Shown here: piece by piece, positions 38,926 to 46,754 of the stretch
Layout: every line of letters begins with the position of its first letter
Numbering within the stretch: position 1 is the stretch's first letter
Source: Treponemataceae bacterium
GTDB taxonomy: Bacteria > Spirochaetota > Spirochaetia > Treponematales > Rectinemataceae
Assembly: GCA_963678065.2 (NCBI GenBank)
Contig: CAXXVZ010000004.1
Coordinates: 192,001-256,000 of the forward strand
Length of the DNA stretch: 64,000 bases
Direction of reading: 5' to 3'
Notes under the pieces: generated by a model
What the model was told of the DNA's origin: nothing
Databases searched by the model: none
The model's input: the letters and a program-made list of their open reading frames with translations, nothing else
Program-made: the position numbers and the translations under genes

Positions 38926-40200
38926 ATGAAATCCGAAAGCCTCACCCTGACCGACAACAGGACGGGAAGGGTTTACGAGCTGCCCATAGCGGACGGGACG
39001 ATCCGCGCCCTGGACCTGCGCGCGATCAAGGTCGACGAGGGCGATTTCGGCCTCATGACCTACGATCCGGGACTCACCAACACCGCCGCGGCCAAGAGCT
39101 CGATCACCTACATCGACGGGGACAAAGGGATACTGCGCTACCGGGGCTACCCGATCGAGGAACTGGCCGAGCATTCGACCTACCTCGAGACCGCCTACCT
39201 CGTCATGTTCGGCGAACTTCCGACTCCCTCCCAGCTCACGACATGGGAGGGCGAGATCAACCGCCACACCATGCTCCACCTGAACATCCAGAGGCTCATC
39301 GAGACCTTCCGCTACGACGCCCATCCCATGAGCGTGTTCATAAGCGCCATAGCCTCGCTCTCGACCCTGTATCCGGACGCGCGCCATGTCACGGACCCGG
39401 TCGTGCGCCGCGTCCAGGTCGAGCGCATGCTCGCGAAGGCTGCCACCATCGCCGCCTTCACCTACCGCCACAACCAGGGCTGGCCCTTCGTCTATCCCGA
39501 CGACAGTCTCAGCTTCATCGGAAACTTTCTCAAGATGATGTTCCGGATGACCGAAAAGACCTACAGACCGAATCCGGTGCTCGAGCGGGCGCTCAATGTC
39601 CTCTTTATCCTCCACGCCGACCACGAGCAGAACTGCGGCACGAACGCGATGCGCGTCATCGGCTCATCCCAGGCCGATCCCTACTCCGCCCTCGCTGGCG
39701 CCGCGGCGGCCCTCTACGGCCCACTGCACGGCGCGGCCAACGAGGCCGTACTTCGCATGCTCGAAGAGATCGGATCGCCAGCTCGCGTTCCGGCCTTCAT
39801 AGAGTCCGTGAAGCGCAACGAGGTGAGGCTCATGGGCTTCGGTCACAGGGTTTACAAGAACTACGACCCCCGCTGCCGCATCATCAAGCGGATCGCCTAC
39901 GAAGTCTTCGAGGTCATGGGCCGGAATCCGCTGCTCGATGTGGCGCTGGAGCTCGAGCGCATAGCCCTCGAGGACGACTACTTCGTTTCGCGCAAGCTCT
40001 ACCCCAATGTCGACTTCTACTCCGGCCTCGTCTACCGCGCGATGAAACTGCCCGCGTCCATGTTCACCGTCATGTTCGCGGTGCCGCGCACCTGCGGCTG
40101 GGTCGCGCAGTGGCTCGAAATGCTGACCGACCCCGAGCAGAAACTCTCGCGGCCGCGGCAGATCTACCTTGGGCCTGAGGAGCGGCGCTACCCGAGGTAG
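38926..40200 (+). CDS. gltA: Citrate synthase
   Basis: YDPG, LHADHEQN, GPLHG, GFGHRVYK, YPNVDFYSG. Confidence 0.95.
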   Translation: MKSESLTLTDNRTGRVYELPIADGTIRALDLRAIKVDEGDFGLMTYDPGLTNTAAAKSSITYIDGDKGILRYRGYPIEELAEHSTYLETAYLVMFGELPTPSQLTTWEGEINRHTMLHLNIQRLIETFRYDAHPMSVFISAIASLSTLYPDARHVTDPVVRRVQVERMLAKAATIAAFTYRHNQGWPFVYPDDSLSFIGNFLKMMFRMTEKTYRPNPVLERALNVLFILHADHEQNCGTNAMRVIGSSQADPYSALAGAAAALYGPLHGAANEAVLRMLEEIGSPARVPAFIESVKRNEVRLMGFGHRVYKNYDPRCRIIKRIAYEVFEVMGRNPLLDVALELERIALEDDYFVSRKLYPNVDFYSGLVYRAMKLPASMFTVMFAVPRTCGWVAQWLEMLTDPEQKLSRPRQIYLGPEERRYPR

Positions 40201-40230
40201 ATTCCTTCCCTACACGGATCTCTATTTTTG

Positions 40231-40295
40231 TTGACAAAATCGAAAAACGCCCGCAAAATGTTCTCATACACGAACGCAGTTCATGTATGAGAACA
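40231..40295 (+). promoter_or_regulatory. sigma70 promoter with overlapping 37-bp palindromic operator (IclR autoregulation)
   Basis: TTGACA-17-CAAAAT followed by TGTTCTCATACACGAAC-gca-GTTCATGTATGAGAACA (1 mismatch in 17 bp). Confidence 0.75.
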
Positions 40296-40304
40296 AGGAC
40301 GTGT

Positions 40305-41060
40305 ATGGTCAACACGGTTTTCAAGGCACTCCGGATTCTCGAGAAGCTCGGCGAGGGTCAGGTTTTCGGGCTGAGCGAGCTGGCGCGGGAGCTCGGGCTT
40401 CCCAAGAGTTCGGTCCACGGGATTCTCGAGACCCTCTCGGCCAGGAAAATGGTGGAAAAGAACGCAGTCACCGGAAAATACAGCCTGGGCCTCCGCCTCA
40501 TCGAACTCGGAAACCGGGCACAGATGGGCCTCGACATCTGCCGGATAGCCGCACCCTTTCTGAAGGGACTGAACGTCGAATTCGACGAAACCGTCCACCT
40601 GACCATTCTGGACAACGACGAGGTCCTGTACGTTGACTGCATCGAATCGCAGAAGCGCCTTCGCACCTACTCCGTCATTGGAGTCCGCGCCCCCCTGTAC
40701 TGCACCTCGGTCGGAAAGGCGATCCTGGCATTCCAGTCCGACGAGGAAATCAGGAGGATCGCCCGCGAAAAAGGCCTCGCCCGCATCACGCCGACGACGA
40801 TTACGACCGAGGAGGCTCTGTTCGAAGAGGTCGCGGTCATCCGGAAACTCGGCTACGCGGTCGACGAAATGGAACACGAAGACCATCTGCGCTGTGTCGG
40901 TGCTCCGATCAGAAACGCCCGCGGCGAGGTCTTCGCTTCGATCAGTCTCTCCGGCCCGGCCGAACGGAACACGCGAGAGAGGATTGTCCAGATGGCCCCC
41001 TTTGTGGTCAGGGCTACGGAAGAGATATCGCGGAGGCTCGGCTTCAGGCCAGGGCCATGA
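40305..41060 (+). CDS. IclR family transcriptional regulator
   Basis: LSELARELGLPKSSVH HTH; ETVHL, PLYCTSVGKA, GYAVDEME, CVGAPI. Confidence 0.93.
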   Translation: MVNTVFKALRILEKLGEGQVFGLSELARELGLPKSSVHGILETLSARKMVEKNAVTGKYSLGLRLIELGNRAQMGLDICRIAAPFLKGLNVEFDETVHLTILDNDEVLYVDCIESQKRLRTYSVIGVRAPLYCTSVGKAILAFQSDEEIRRIAREKGLARITPTTITTEEALFEEVAVIRKLGYAVDEMEHEDHLRCVGAPIRNARGEVFASISLSGPAERNTRERIVQMAPFVVRATEEISRRLGFRPGP

Positions 41061-41166
41061 ACCAGTCGCGTTTTTGACCGGACCTGGATGCCCATCGGCA
41101 CAGAGTCCGGGAAGGCTGCCCGTCGGGGCGGCGGATACAGGAATCATTTTTTAGAGGGAGGTTCTC

Positions 41167-42168
41167 ATGAAGAGGACAGTATTGATTCTTCTCGCTCTCA
41201 GCCTGATCGCGGGTCCCGCCGTGTTCGCGCAGAAGGCCGCCCCCATCAAGCTCGTGTTCACCTCGGTCTCCGTCCCCGGCGACGCCCACACTCAGGCCAT
41301 GACTGTCTTCAAGGATGAAGTCGAGAAGCTCTCCGGCGGACAGATTCAGGTCGACGTCTACCATTCCGGCCAACTCTTCACCCAGCAGGCCGAGCAGGAC
41401 GCCGTCCGCAAGGGCACCGTCGACATGATCTACAGCTCCGCCCAGTGGCTCGCCGAGTTCATCCCCTACCTCTCCATGTTCGGCGCTGCCTACACCTTCC
41501 AGAGCTACGACCAGATGACCAAGACCTTCAACGGCCCCATCGGCAAGAAGATCTTCGAGGAAATCGCGAAGACGCAGGGCATCCGCCCGCTGACCGCCTA
41601 CTACCTCGGAACCCGCCAGCTCAACCTCACCGACAAAGTCGGCGCGGTCACCAAACCCGAGCAGATGAAGAACGTGAAGATGCGTGTGCCCAACAGCGCC
41701 ACCTGGATCGCCATGGGCAAGGCTCTTGGTGCCAACCCCACCCCAATGGCCTTCGGCGAAGTCTACATGGGCCTCAAGACCGGCGCGGTCCAGGGCCAGG
41801 ACAACCCCCTTCCCACGGACAAGAACGCCAAGTTCTACGAGGTCACCAAGTACATCGTCCTGACGAACCACGTCGTCGACTCCACCTGGCCCACCATCAA
41901 CGAGAAGCGGTGGAAGAGCATGAACAAGGAGCAGCAGGGCTGGATGATGACCGCCGCCGAGAAGGCCCGCGCCTTCTGCGACAAGACCAACCTCGACAAT
42001 GAGAAGAACATCCTCGACTTCTTCCGCAGCCAGGGCCTCACCGTGATAGAGAACCCCGACCGCGCCGCCTTCGCGGCCTATGCCAAGAATTCCTACCTGA
42101 CCGAGAGCAAGGACATTTCCAAGAGCTGGGATCTCGATCTCTACGAGGAAATTCAGAAAATCAAGTAA
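41167..42168 (+). CDS. dctP: TRAP transporter substrate-binding protein (DctP/SiaP-like)
   Basis: Signal peptide; KMRVP, LGANPTPMAFGEVY.GL.TG.V.GQDNP. Confidence 0.92.
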   Translation: MKRTVLILLALSLIAGPAVFAQKAAPIKLVFTSVSVPGDAHTQAMTVFKDEVEKLSGGQIQVDVYHSGQLFTQQAEQDAVRKGTVDMIYSSAQWLAEFIPYLSMFGAAYTFQSYDQMTKTFNGPIGKKIFEEIAKTQGIRPLTAYYLGTRQLNLTDKVGAVTKPEQMKNVKMRVPNSATWIAMGKALGANPTPMAFGEVYMGLKTGAVQGQDNPLPTDKNAKFYEVTKYIVLTNHVVDSTWPTINEKRWKSMNKEQQGWMMTAAEKARAFCDKTNLDNEKNILDFFRSQGLTVIENPDRAAFAAYAKNSYLTESKDISKSWDLDLYEEIQKIK

Positions 42169-42257
42169 TCTCCTTAGAGACGGATGGACCGGCACCTGCA
42201 CTTCGGGGCAGATTGCCGGTCCGTCCGGACTCGGATTTCATCACGGAGCCCACCCCC

Positions 42258-42758
42258 ATGCAAACACAAGGCCCCCTCGTTCGAACCGGAAAATTCCTTC
42301 TCAACCTCATCGAACTCTATGTTCCGGTGGCCGCCTTCGTCGTCCTCTTCCTCTCGTTCATGACACAGATCGTCTGCCGCTATTTCTTCAAACCCCTCAT
42401 CTGGCCCGAAGAGCTCTCGCTCATCTGCTTCGTGTGGGTCGCCCTTCTCGGCGGACTCTATGCCAAGCGGGACAACTCCCACGTCGCCTTCGCCATGCTC
42501 TATGACGCACAGAAGCCGCGAACACAAACATGGATGCGCGTCGCGGGCAACATTCTCCTTCTCGTCGCCTTCGCGGCGGCCCTCGTCCCGTCATGGGAAT
42601 ACGTGATCTTCATGGGATACAAGCACTCGGACGCGCTCAAAATATCCATGACCCTCGCCTATTTCCCCTTCGTCATCTTCCTCGTCGACATCATCGTCAG
42701 ACTGGCCGTCGACATCATCGGGGACATAGCCCTGCTCCGGAAAGGGGAACGCCCATGA
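42258..42758 (+). CDS. dctQ: TRAP small permease
   Basis: QIVCRY, WPEELS, SHV; four TM segments. Confidence 0.88.
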   Translation: MQTQGPLVRTGKFLLNLIELYVPVAAFVVLFLSFMTQIVCRYFFKPLIWPEELSLICFVWVALLGGLYAKRDNSHVAFAMLYDAQKPRTQTWMRVAGNILLLVAFAAALVPSWEYVIFMGYKHSDALKISMTLAYFPFVIFLVDIIVRLAVDIIGDIALLRKGERP

Positions 42759-44062
42759 ACCTGCCGCTCATCATTTTCTTCGCCTCCTTCATCGCCATGT
42801 TCCTTCTCCGCATCCCCATCGGCATGGGCATGATGATGTCCGCGATCTTCTATTTTATCGCGTCGACGAATCCCGCGGCGACGGTCGACATGGTCGCGAC
42901 CCAGTTCCTCACGAACATGAACTCGAGCTTCATCCTCATCGCCGTCCCGCTCTTCGTCTTCATGGCCGAGATCATGAACTCGAGCAAGGTCACCAACATC
43001 ATCTTCGATTTCGCCAGCTCCCTCGTGGGCAGGCGACGCGGCGCCCTCGCCCAGGTCAACATCATCAACTCCATCATCTTCTCCGGAATGACAGGCTCCG
43101 CCATCGCGGACGCCTCCGGTCCCGGCAACATGGAGATGAAGGCGATGAAAGACGCCGGCTACGAGGACGGCTTCACCTGCGCAGTGACGGCGGCCAGCGC
43201 CACGGAGGGCCCCATCATTCCGCCCTCGATTCCCATGGTATTCTACTCGATGCTCTCGGGCGCCTCCGTCGGAGCCCTGTTCATGGGCGGCGTGGTTCCC
43301 GGACTCATACTCGGCCTCGTCATGATGGCCTACGTCGCGGTCATCGCGGTGAAGCGCGATTTCCCGCGCGGAAAGGCCTACACGGTCAGGCAGTTCATCG
43401 TCCTCACCCTCAAGTCCATCCCCGCCCTCTTCACCGTCGTCGTCCTCCTCGGCGGGATCTACACGGGTATCGTGACGCCGACCGAAGCGGGAGCCCTCGC
43501 CGCGGCCTGGGCCCTCATCATCTCCGTGTTCTTCTACCGGGCCTTCAAGTGGAAGGAGCTCAAGGAAGTCCTCATCAACACGGTGAAGACGACGGGGACG
43601 CTGTCCTTCCTCGTCGGATCGGCCTACGCCTTCTCCTACATCGTCGCGATCGAGCACATCCCGGGCGCTGTGGCCAACCTCCTCATGGGCATGACCACGA
43701 ACAAATATGTCATGCTCCTCATCGTCAACATCGCCTTCCTCATCCTCGGCATGTTCATAGACACGATGGCCATCACTCTCGTGTTCATACCGATGATCCT
43801 GCCGGTGATGCGGGCCATGGGCGTCGACCTCGTGCACTTCGGCGTGGTCGTCGTGCTCAACATGATGATCGGTCTCTCGACGCCGCCCTACGGCATGCTG
43901 CTCTTCGTCGTCTCGGGCCTCACCGGCGCGAAGCTGAAGGACGTAATCAGAGAGATGATTCCTTTCATCATCCTCTTCATCGGGGTGCTGTTCCTCATCA
44001 CCTACATCCCGGACCTCGTCCTCTGGCTCCCGAAGATGTCGGGATACAAGCCAGGGCTCTGA
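42755..44062 (+). CDS. dctM: TRAP large permease
   Basis: AVPLF, SGMTGSAIAD, IIPPSIP, TPTEA, TPPYG. Confidence 0.93.
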   Translation: MNLPLIIFFASFIAMFLLRIPIGMGMMMSAIFYFIASTNPAATVDMVATQFLTNMNSSFILIAVPLFVFMAEIMNSSKVTNIIFDFASSLVGRRRGALAQVNIINSIIFSGMTGSAIADASGPGNMEMKAMKDAGYEDGFTCAVTAASATEGPIIPPSIPMVFYSMLSGASVGALFMGGVVPGLILGLVMMAYVAVIAVKRDFPRGKAYTVRQFIVLTLKSIPALFTVVVLLGGIYTGIVTPTEAGALAAAWALIISVFFYRAFKWKELKEVLINTVKTTGTLSFLVGSAYAFSYIVAIEHIPGAVANLLMGMTTNKYVMLLIVNIAFLILGMFIDTMAITLVFIPMILPVMRAMGVDLVHFGVVVVLNMMIGLSTPPYGMLLFVVSGLTGAKLKDVIREMIPFIILFIGVLFLITYIPDLVLWLPKMSGYKPGL

Positions 44063-44131
44063 TATGGCAGAGAACTACAGTGAATATTATTCCGGCGTTC
44101 TGAAAGCCGGAGAACACCAAGGAGCAGAGCG

Positions 44132-45058
44132 ATGAGCAAGAAAACGATTCAGGACGGCGTATGGCCGACGATGATCACACCCTATAACCCGGACGGAACG
44201 ATCGATTATCCGACGCTCGGGAAACTGATCGACTGGTACATCGAGCGCGGCGTCACGGGACTTTTCGCCGTGTGCCAGTCGAGCGAGATGTTCTTTCTGA
44301 GCCTCGCCGAGCGACTCGAACTCGCCAGGACCTGCGTCAGACTCGCGGCGGGCAGAGTTCCCGTCATCGCCTCGGGCCACGTCGCCGAAACGATCGCCGA
44401 TCAGATCGAGGAGACGAAGATGATGGCCGATACCGGAGTGGAGGCCGTCGTCCTCATCTCGAACCGCTTCGCGCGCAAAAACGAAGGCGACGATGTGTTC
44501 AAAAAGAACCTCGAAACCTTCCTCGCGGGGATCGACGAGAATACCCTTCTCGGATTCTACGAGTGCCCCGCGCCCTACAAGCGCCTCGTGAGCCCGGAGC
44601 TCATGAAATTCGGTGTCGAGACCGGGCGTTTCGGCTTTCTCAAAGACACGAGCTGCAGGATGGCCGACATCAGGGCCAAGCTCGCGGTGGCGGCCGGCAG
44701 CAACTTCAAGCTGTTCAACGCCAACGCGGCGACTCTCCTCGACTCGCTCAAGGCGGGAGGCGCCGGCTACTCCGGCATCATGACCAACTTCCACGCCGAC
44801 CTGTACTCGTGGATATGCGCCAATTGGAAGAGAGAACCCGAGCGGGCGAAAAAACTGCAGGATTTCATCGGCCTCGCCTCGGTGATCGAGTACCAGCTCT
44901 ACCCCATCAACGCGATGTACTCCCTCAGGCTCGAAGGTCTGCCGTTCAATCTTGTGTCGAGGCGCGCGGATGCCTCGCTGTTCACGGAATCCATGAAGCT
45001 CGAGGTCGAGCAGATGATGGCTGTATCGCATCTGTACTCCGAAGAGTACAGGCACTGA
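44132..45058 (+). CDS. DHDPS/N-acetylneuraminate lyase family aldolase
   Basis: PTMITPY, CQSSE, YECP, KDTS (Schiff-base Lys). Confidence 0.85.
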   Translation: MSKKTIQDGVWPTMITPYNPDGTIDYPTLGKLIDWYIERGVTGLFAVCQSSEMFFLSLAERLELARTCVRLAAGRVPVIASGHVAETIADQIEETKMMADTGVEAVVLISNRFARKNEGDDVFKKNLETFLAGIDENTLLGFYECPAPYKRLVSPELMKFGVETGRFGFLKDTSCRMADIRAKLAVAAGSNFKLFNANAATLLDSLKAGGAGYSGIMTNFHADLYSWICANWKREPERAKKLQDFIGLASVIEYQLYPINAMYSLRLEGLPFNLVSRRADASLFTESMKLEVEQMMAVSHLYSEEYRH

Positions 45059-45077
45059 TGGCAAGGAGATTTTCATA

Positions 45078-45542
45078 ATGATCATCACGACGGCGACGGA
45101 GCTCGGGCGATACCGCGGCCTCTCGGCCGCCCTGGACAGGGCAATAAGCTGGATCAGGGAGGGCGGCTTGGAATCTCTCGCTCCCGGGAAACATGAGATC
45201 GACGGGGACAGGGTCTTCGCGCTCGCCTCGTCCTACGAGACGAAGCCCGCCGGGGAGGTCCTCTTCGAGACTCACAGAAAGTACATCGACATACAGATGC
45301 TCTCGGCAGGGCGCGAGTACATCTTGGTGCGCGACGCCGCGCCCTTGCCCGTGAGGACAGCGTACAGCGATGAAAAGGATATCGCGTTTCAGGAGGACGC
45401 CCCCGGAGAAGTGCAGCGAGTGGCCCTCGCGCCGGGAATCGTCGCCATCCTCTTTCCCGAGGACGCCCACAAGCCATGCCTGCGGACCGGCGAGGGCCCG
45501 GAATCCGTCAGGAAGATCGTGGTGAAAGTCCGCGTTTCCTGA
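45078..45542 (+). CDS. YhcH/YjgK/YiaL (NanQ-like) protein
   Basis: ETHRKYIDIQ, FPEDAHKP, RKIVVKV. Confidence 0.9.
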   Translation: MIITTATELGRYRGLSAALDRAISWIREGGLESLAPGKHEIDGDRVFALASSYETKPAGEVLFETHRKYIDIQMLSAGREYILVRDAAPLPVRTAYSDEKDIAFQEDAPGEVQRVALAPGIVAILFPEDAHKPCLRTGEGPESVRKIVVKVRVS

Positions 45543-45557
45543 AGGTCCGGCCGGCCA

Positions 45558-46754
45558 TCATCCTTCGCGGCTCAGGTCATTCTCCCGCCCCGTCCTGACC
45601 ATTTCCCGTTCGGGCTTCGGCTTGATCCGGCCGGCCAGTGTCCAGAGGCGGGCCTTCCAGGACCCGAGTCCCACCTCGAGCTGCCAGATGTCCGTGGAGC
45701 CAGTGGCCCAATCCTTTTTCCAGCCAAGACATTCGCCGCCAAACTCGATGAGGCGTCCTTTGCGCGCGTGCCAATCCTCGAGGCTCCGGAAGAGGAGCAC
45801 GTTGCCGACGCCGTGGCGCGCAAATGCTCTGTCGTAGGCGAACACCACAAGCCAGGTCGCTCGGGGCATCATCAGCCAGAACTGGGCCGCGGCTGGCTGG
45901 CCGGCGATCTCGAGGGTCTGAAGGCTCGTCCAGCCCCTCTCTCCCCACAGGATAGCCATGGTCCGGTAATATCGATCCACGGCAAAGACCTCCGCCCGGC
46001 CGGAATCCTCGATCCATTTTTTTTGCCAGGAGATGTCCCTGCAGGCCTGGAACACCTTCCAGGCGTCCGCGCCATCGTCCTTGTCAGGATGGGTGCCCCA
46101 GAGATGGCGGATTGTCACTGATCCGGGATTTTCCGACCGCATTCTCCGCTCCCGCCGCCTGATGTCGGTGAGGACATTGCGTCTTTCTCCGCAGAAAGCC
46201 TCGAAATCCTCGCCCGGCTTCAGCTCCGGGCTGATCGTGAAAAGCCGCCTTTGGACCGGGTAACCCTGCTCCGACAGGGAAGCCATCCAGAGCCCCGCCA
46301 GGTTCCCGTCAGGGCCTTCTTCCAGTCTGTATTGGATGAAGAGGTCGGCTCCGACATACCGCGCGACCGGCCGCATGGCCTGTGCGAGAAGGGAAGAAGC
46401 CTGCTCTCCTGCCCCCATTCCGCAGAGGAAGGGAGGCAGGCGGAAGGCCATATGATCAAGAGCCCGGAGCACTTTCAGGTCCAGGAATTTGCGCCTCTGT
46501 TTCTCCTCGGTGAGGAATACTCCGCCAACCGGGAGGGTTTCGCCCGAGGCGTGCACTTCAAGATACCACGTCCTCTGACCGGAGAGGAAACATGTCCACA
46601 AGGTCGAGAAGTATTCCCAGATCGACCAGGGATTCCCCGCCTCGATGCCAGCGACGAAGCCGGCAACCCGAGGTCGTATCGCTTCCCACGCTTCCAGACT
46701 GTCGAGAAGGATGAGATCGGCCCTGCCGCCGCGCAGCGAAAAATCCACCTTCAT
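45558..46754 (-). CDS. GNAT acyltransferase, CelD/BcsL (Acetyltransf_6)-like
   Basis: IRRRERR, AYD..FARHGVG..L, IEFGG...WKKDWAT; paralogous to the C-terminal domain of the upstream gene. Confidence 0.7.
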   Translation of the reverse strand: MKVDFSLRGGRADLILLDSLEAWEAIRPRVAGFVAGIEAGNPWSIWEYFSTLWTCFLSGQRTWYLEVHASGETLPVGGVFLTEEKQRRKFLDLKVLRALDHMAFRLPPFLCGMGAGEQASSLLAQAMRPVARYVGADLFIQYRLEEGPDGNLAGLWMASLSEQGYPVQRRLFTISPELKPGEDFEAFCGERRNVLTDIRRRERRMRSENPGSVTIRHLWGTHPDKDDGADAWKVFQACRDISWQKKWIEDSGRAEVFAVDRYYRTMAILWGERGWTSLQTLEIAGQPAAAQFWLMMPRATWLVVFAYDRAFARHGVGNVLLFRSLEDWHARKGRLIEFGGECLGWKKDWATGSTDIWQLEVGLGSWKARLWTLAGRIKPKPEREMVRTGRENDLSREG

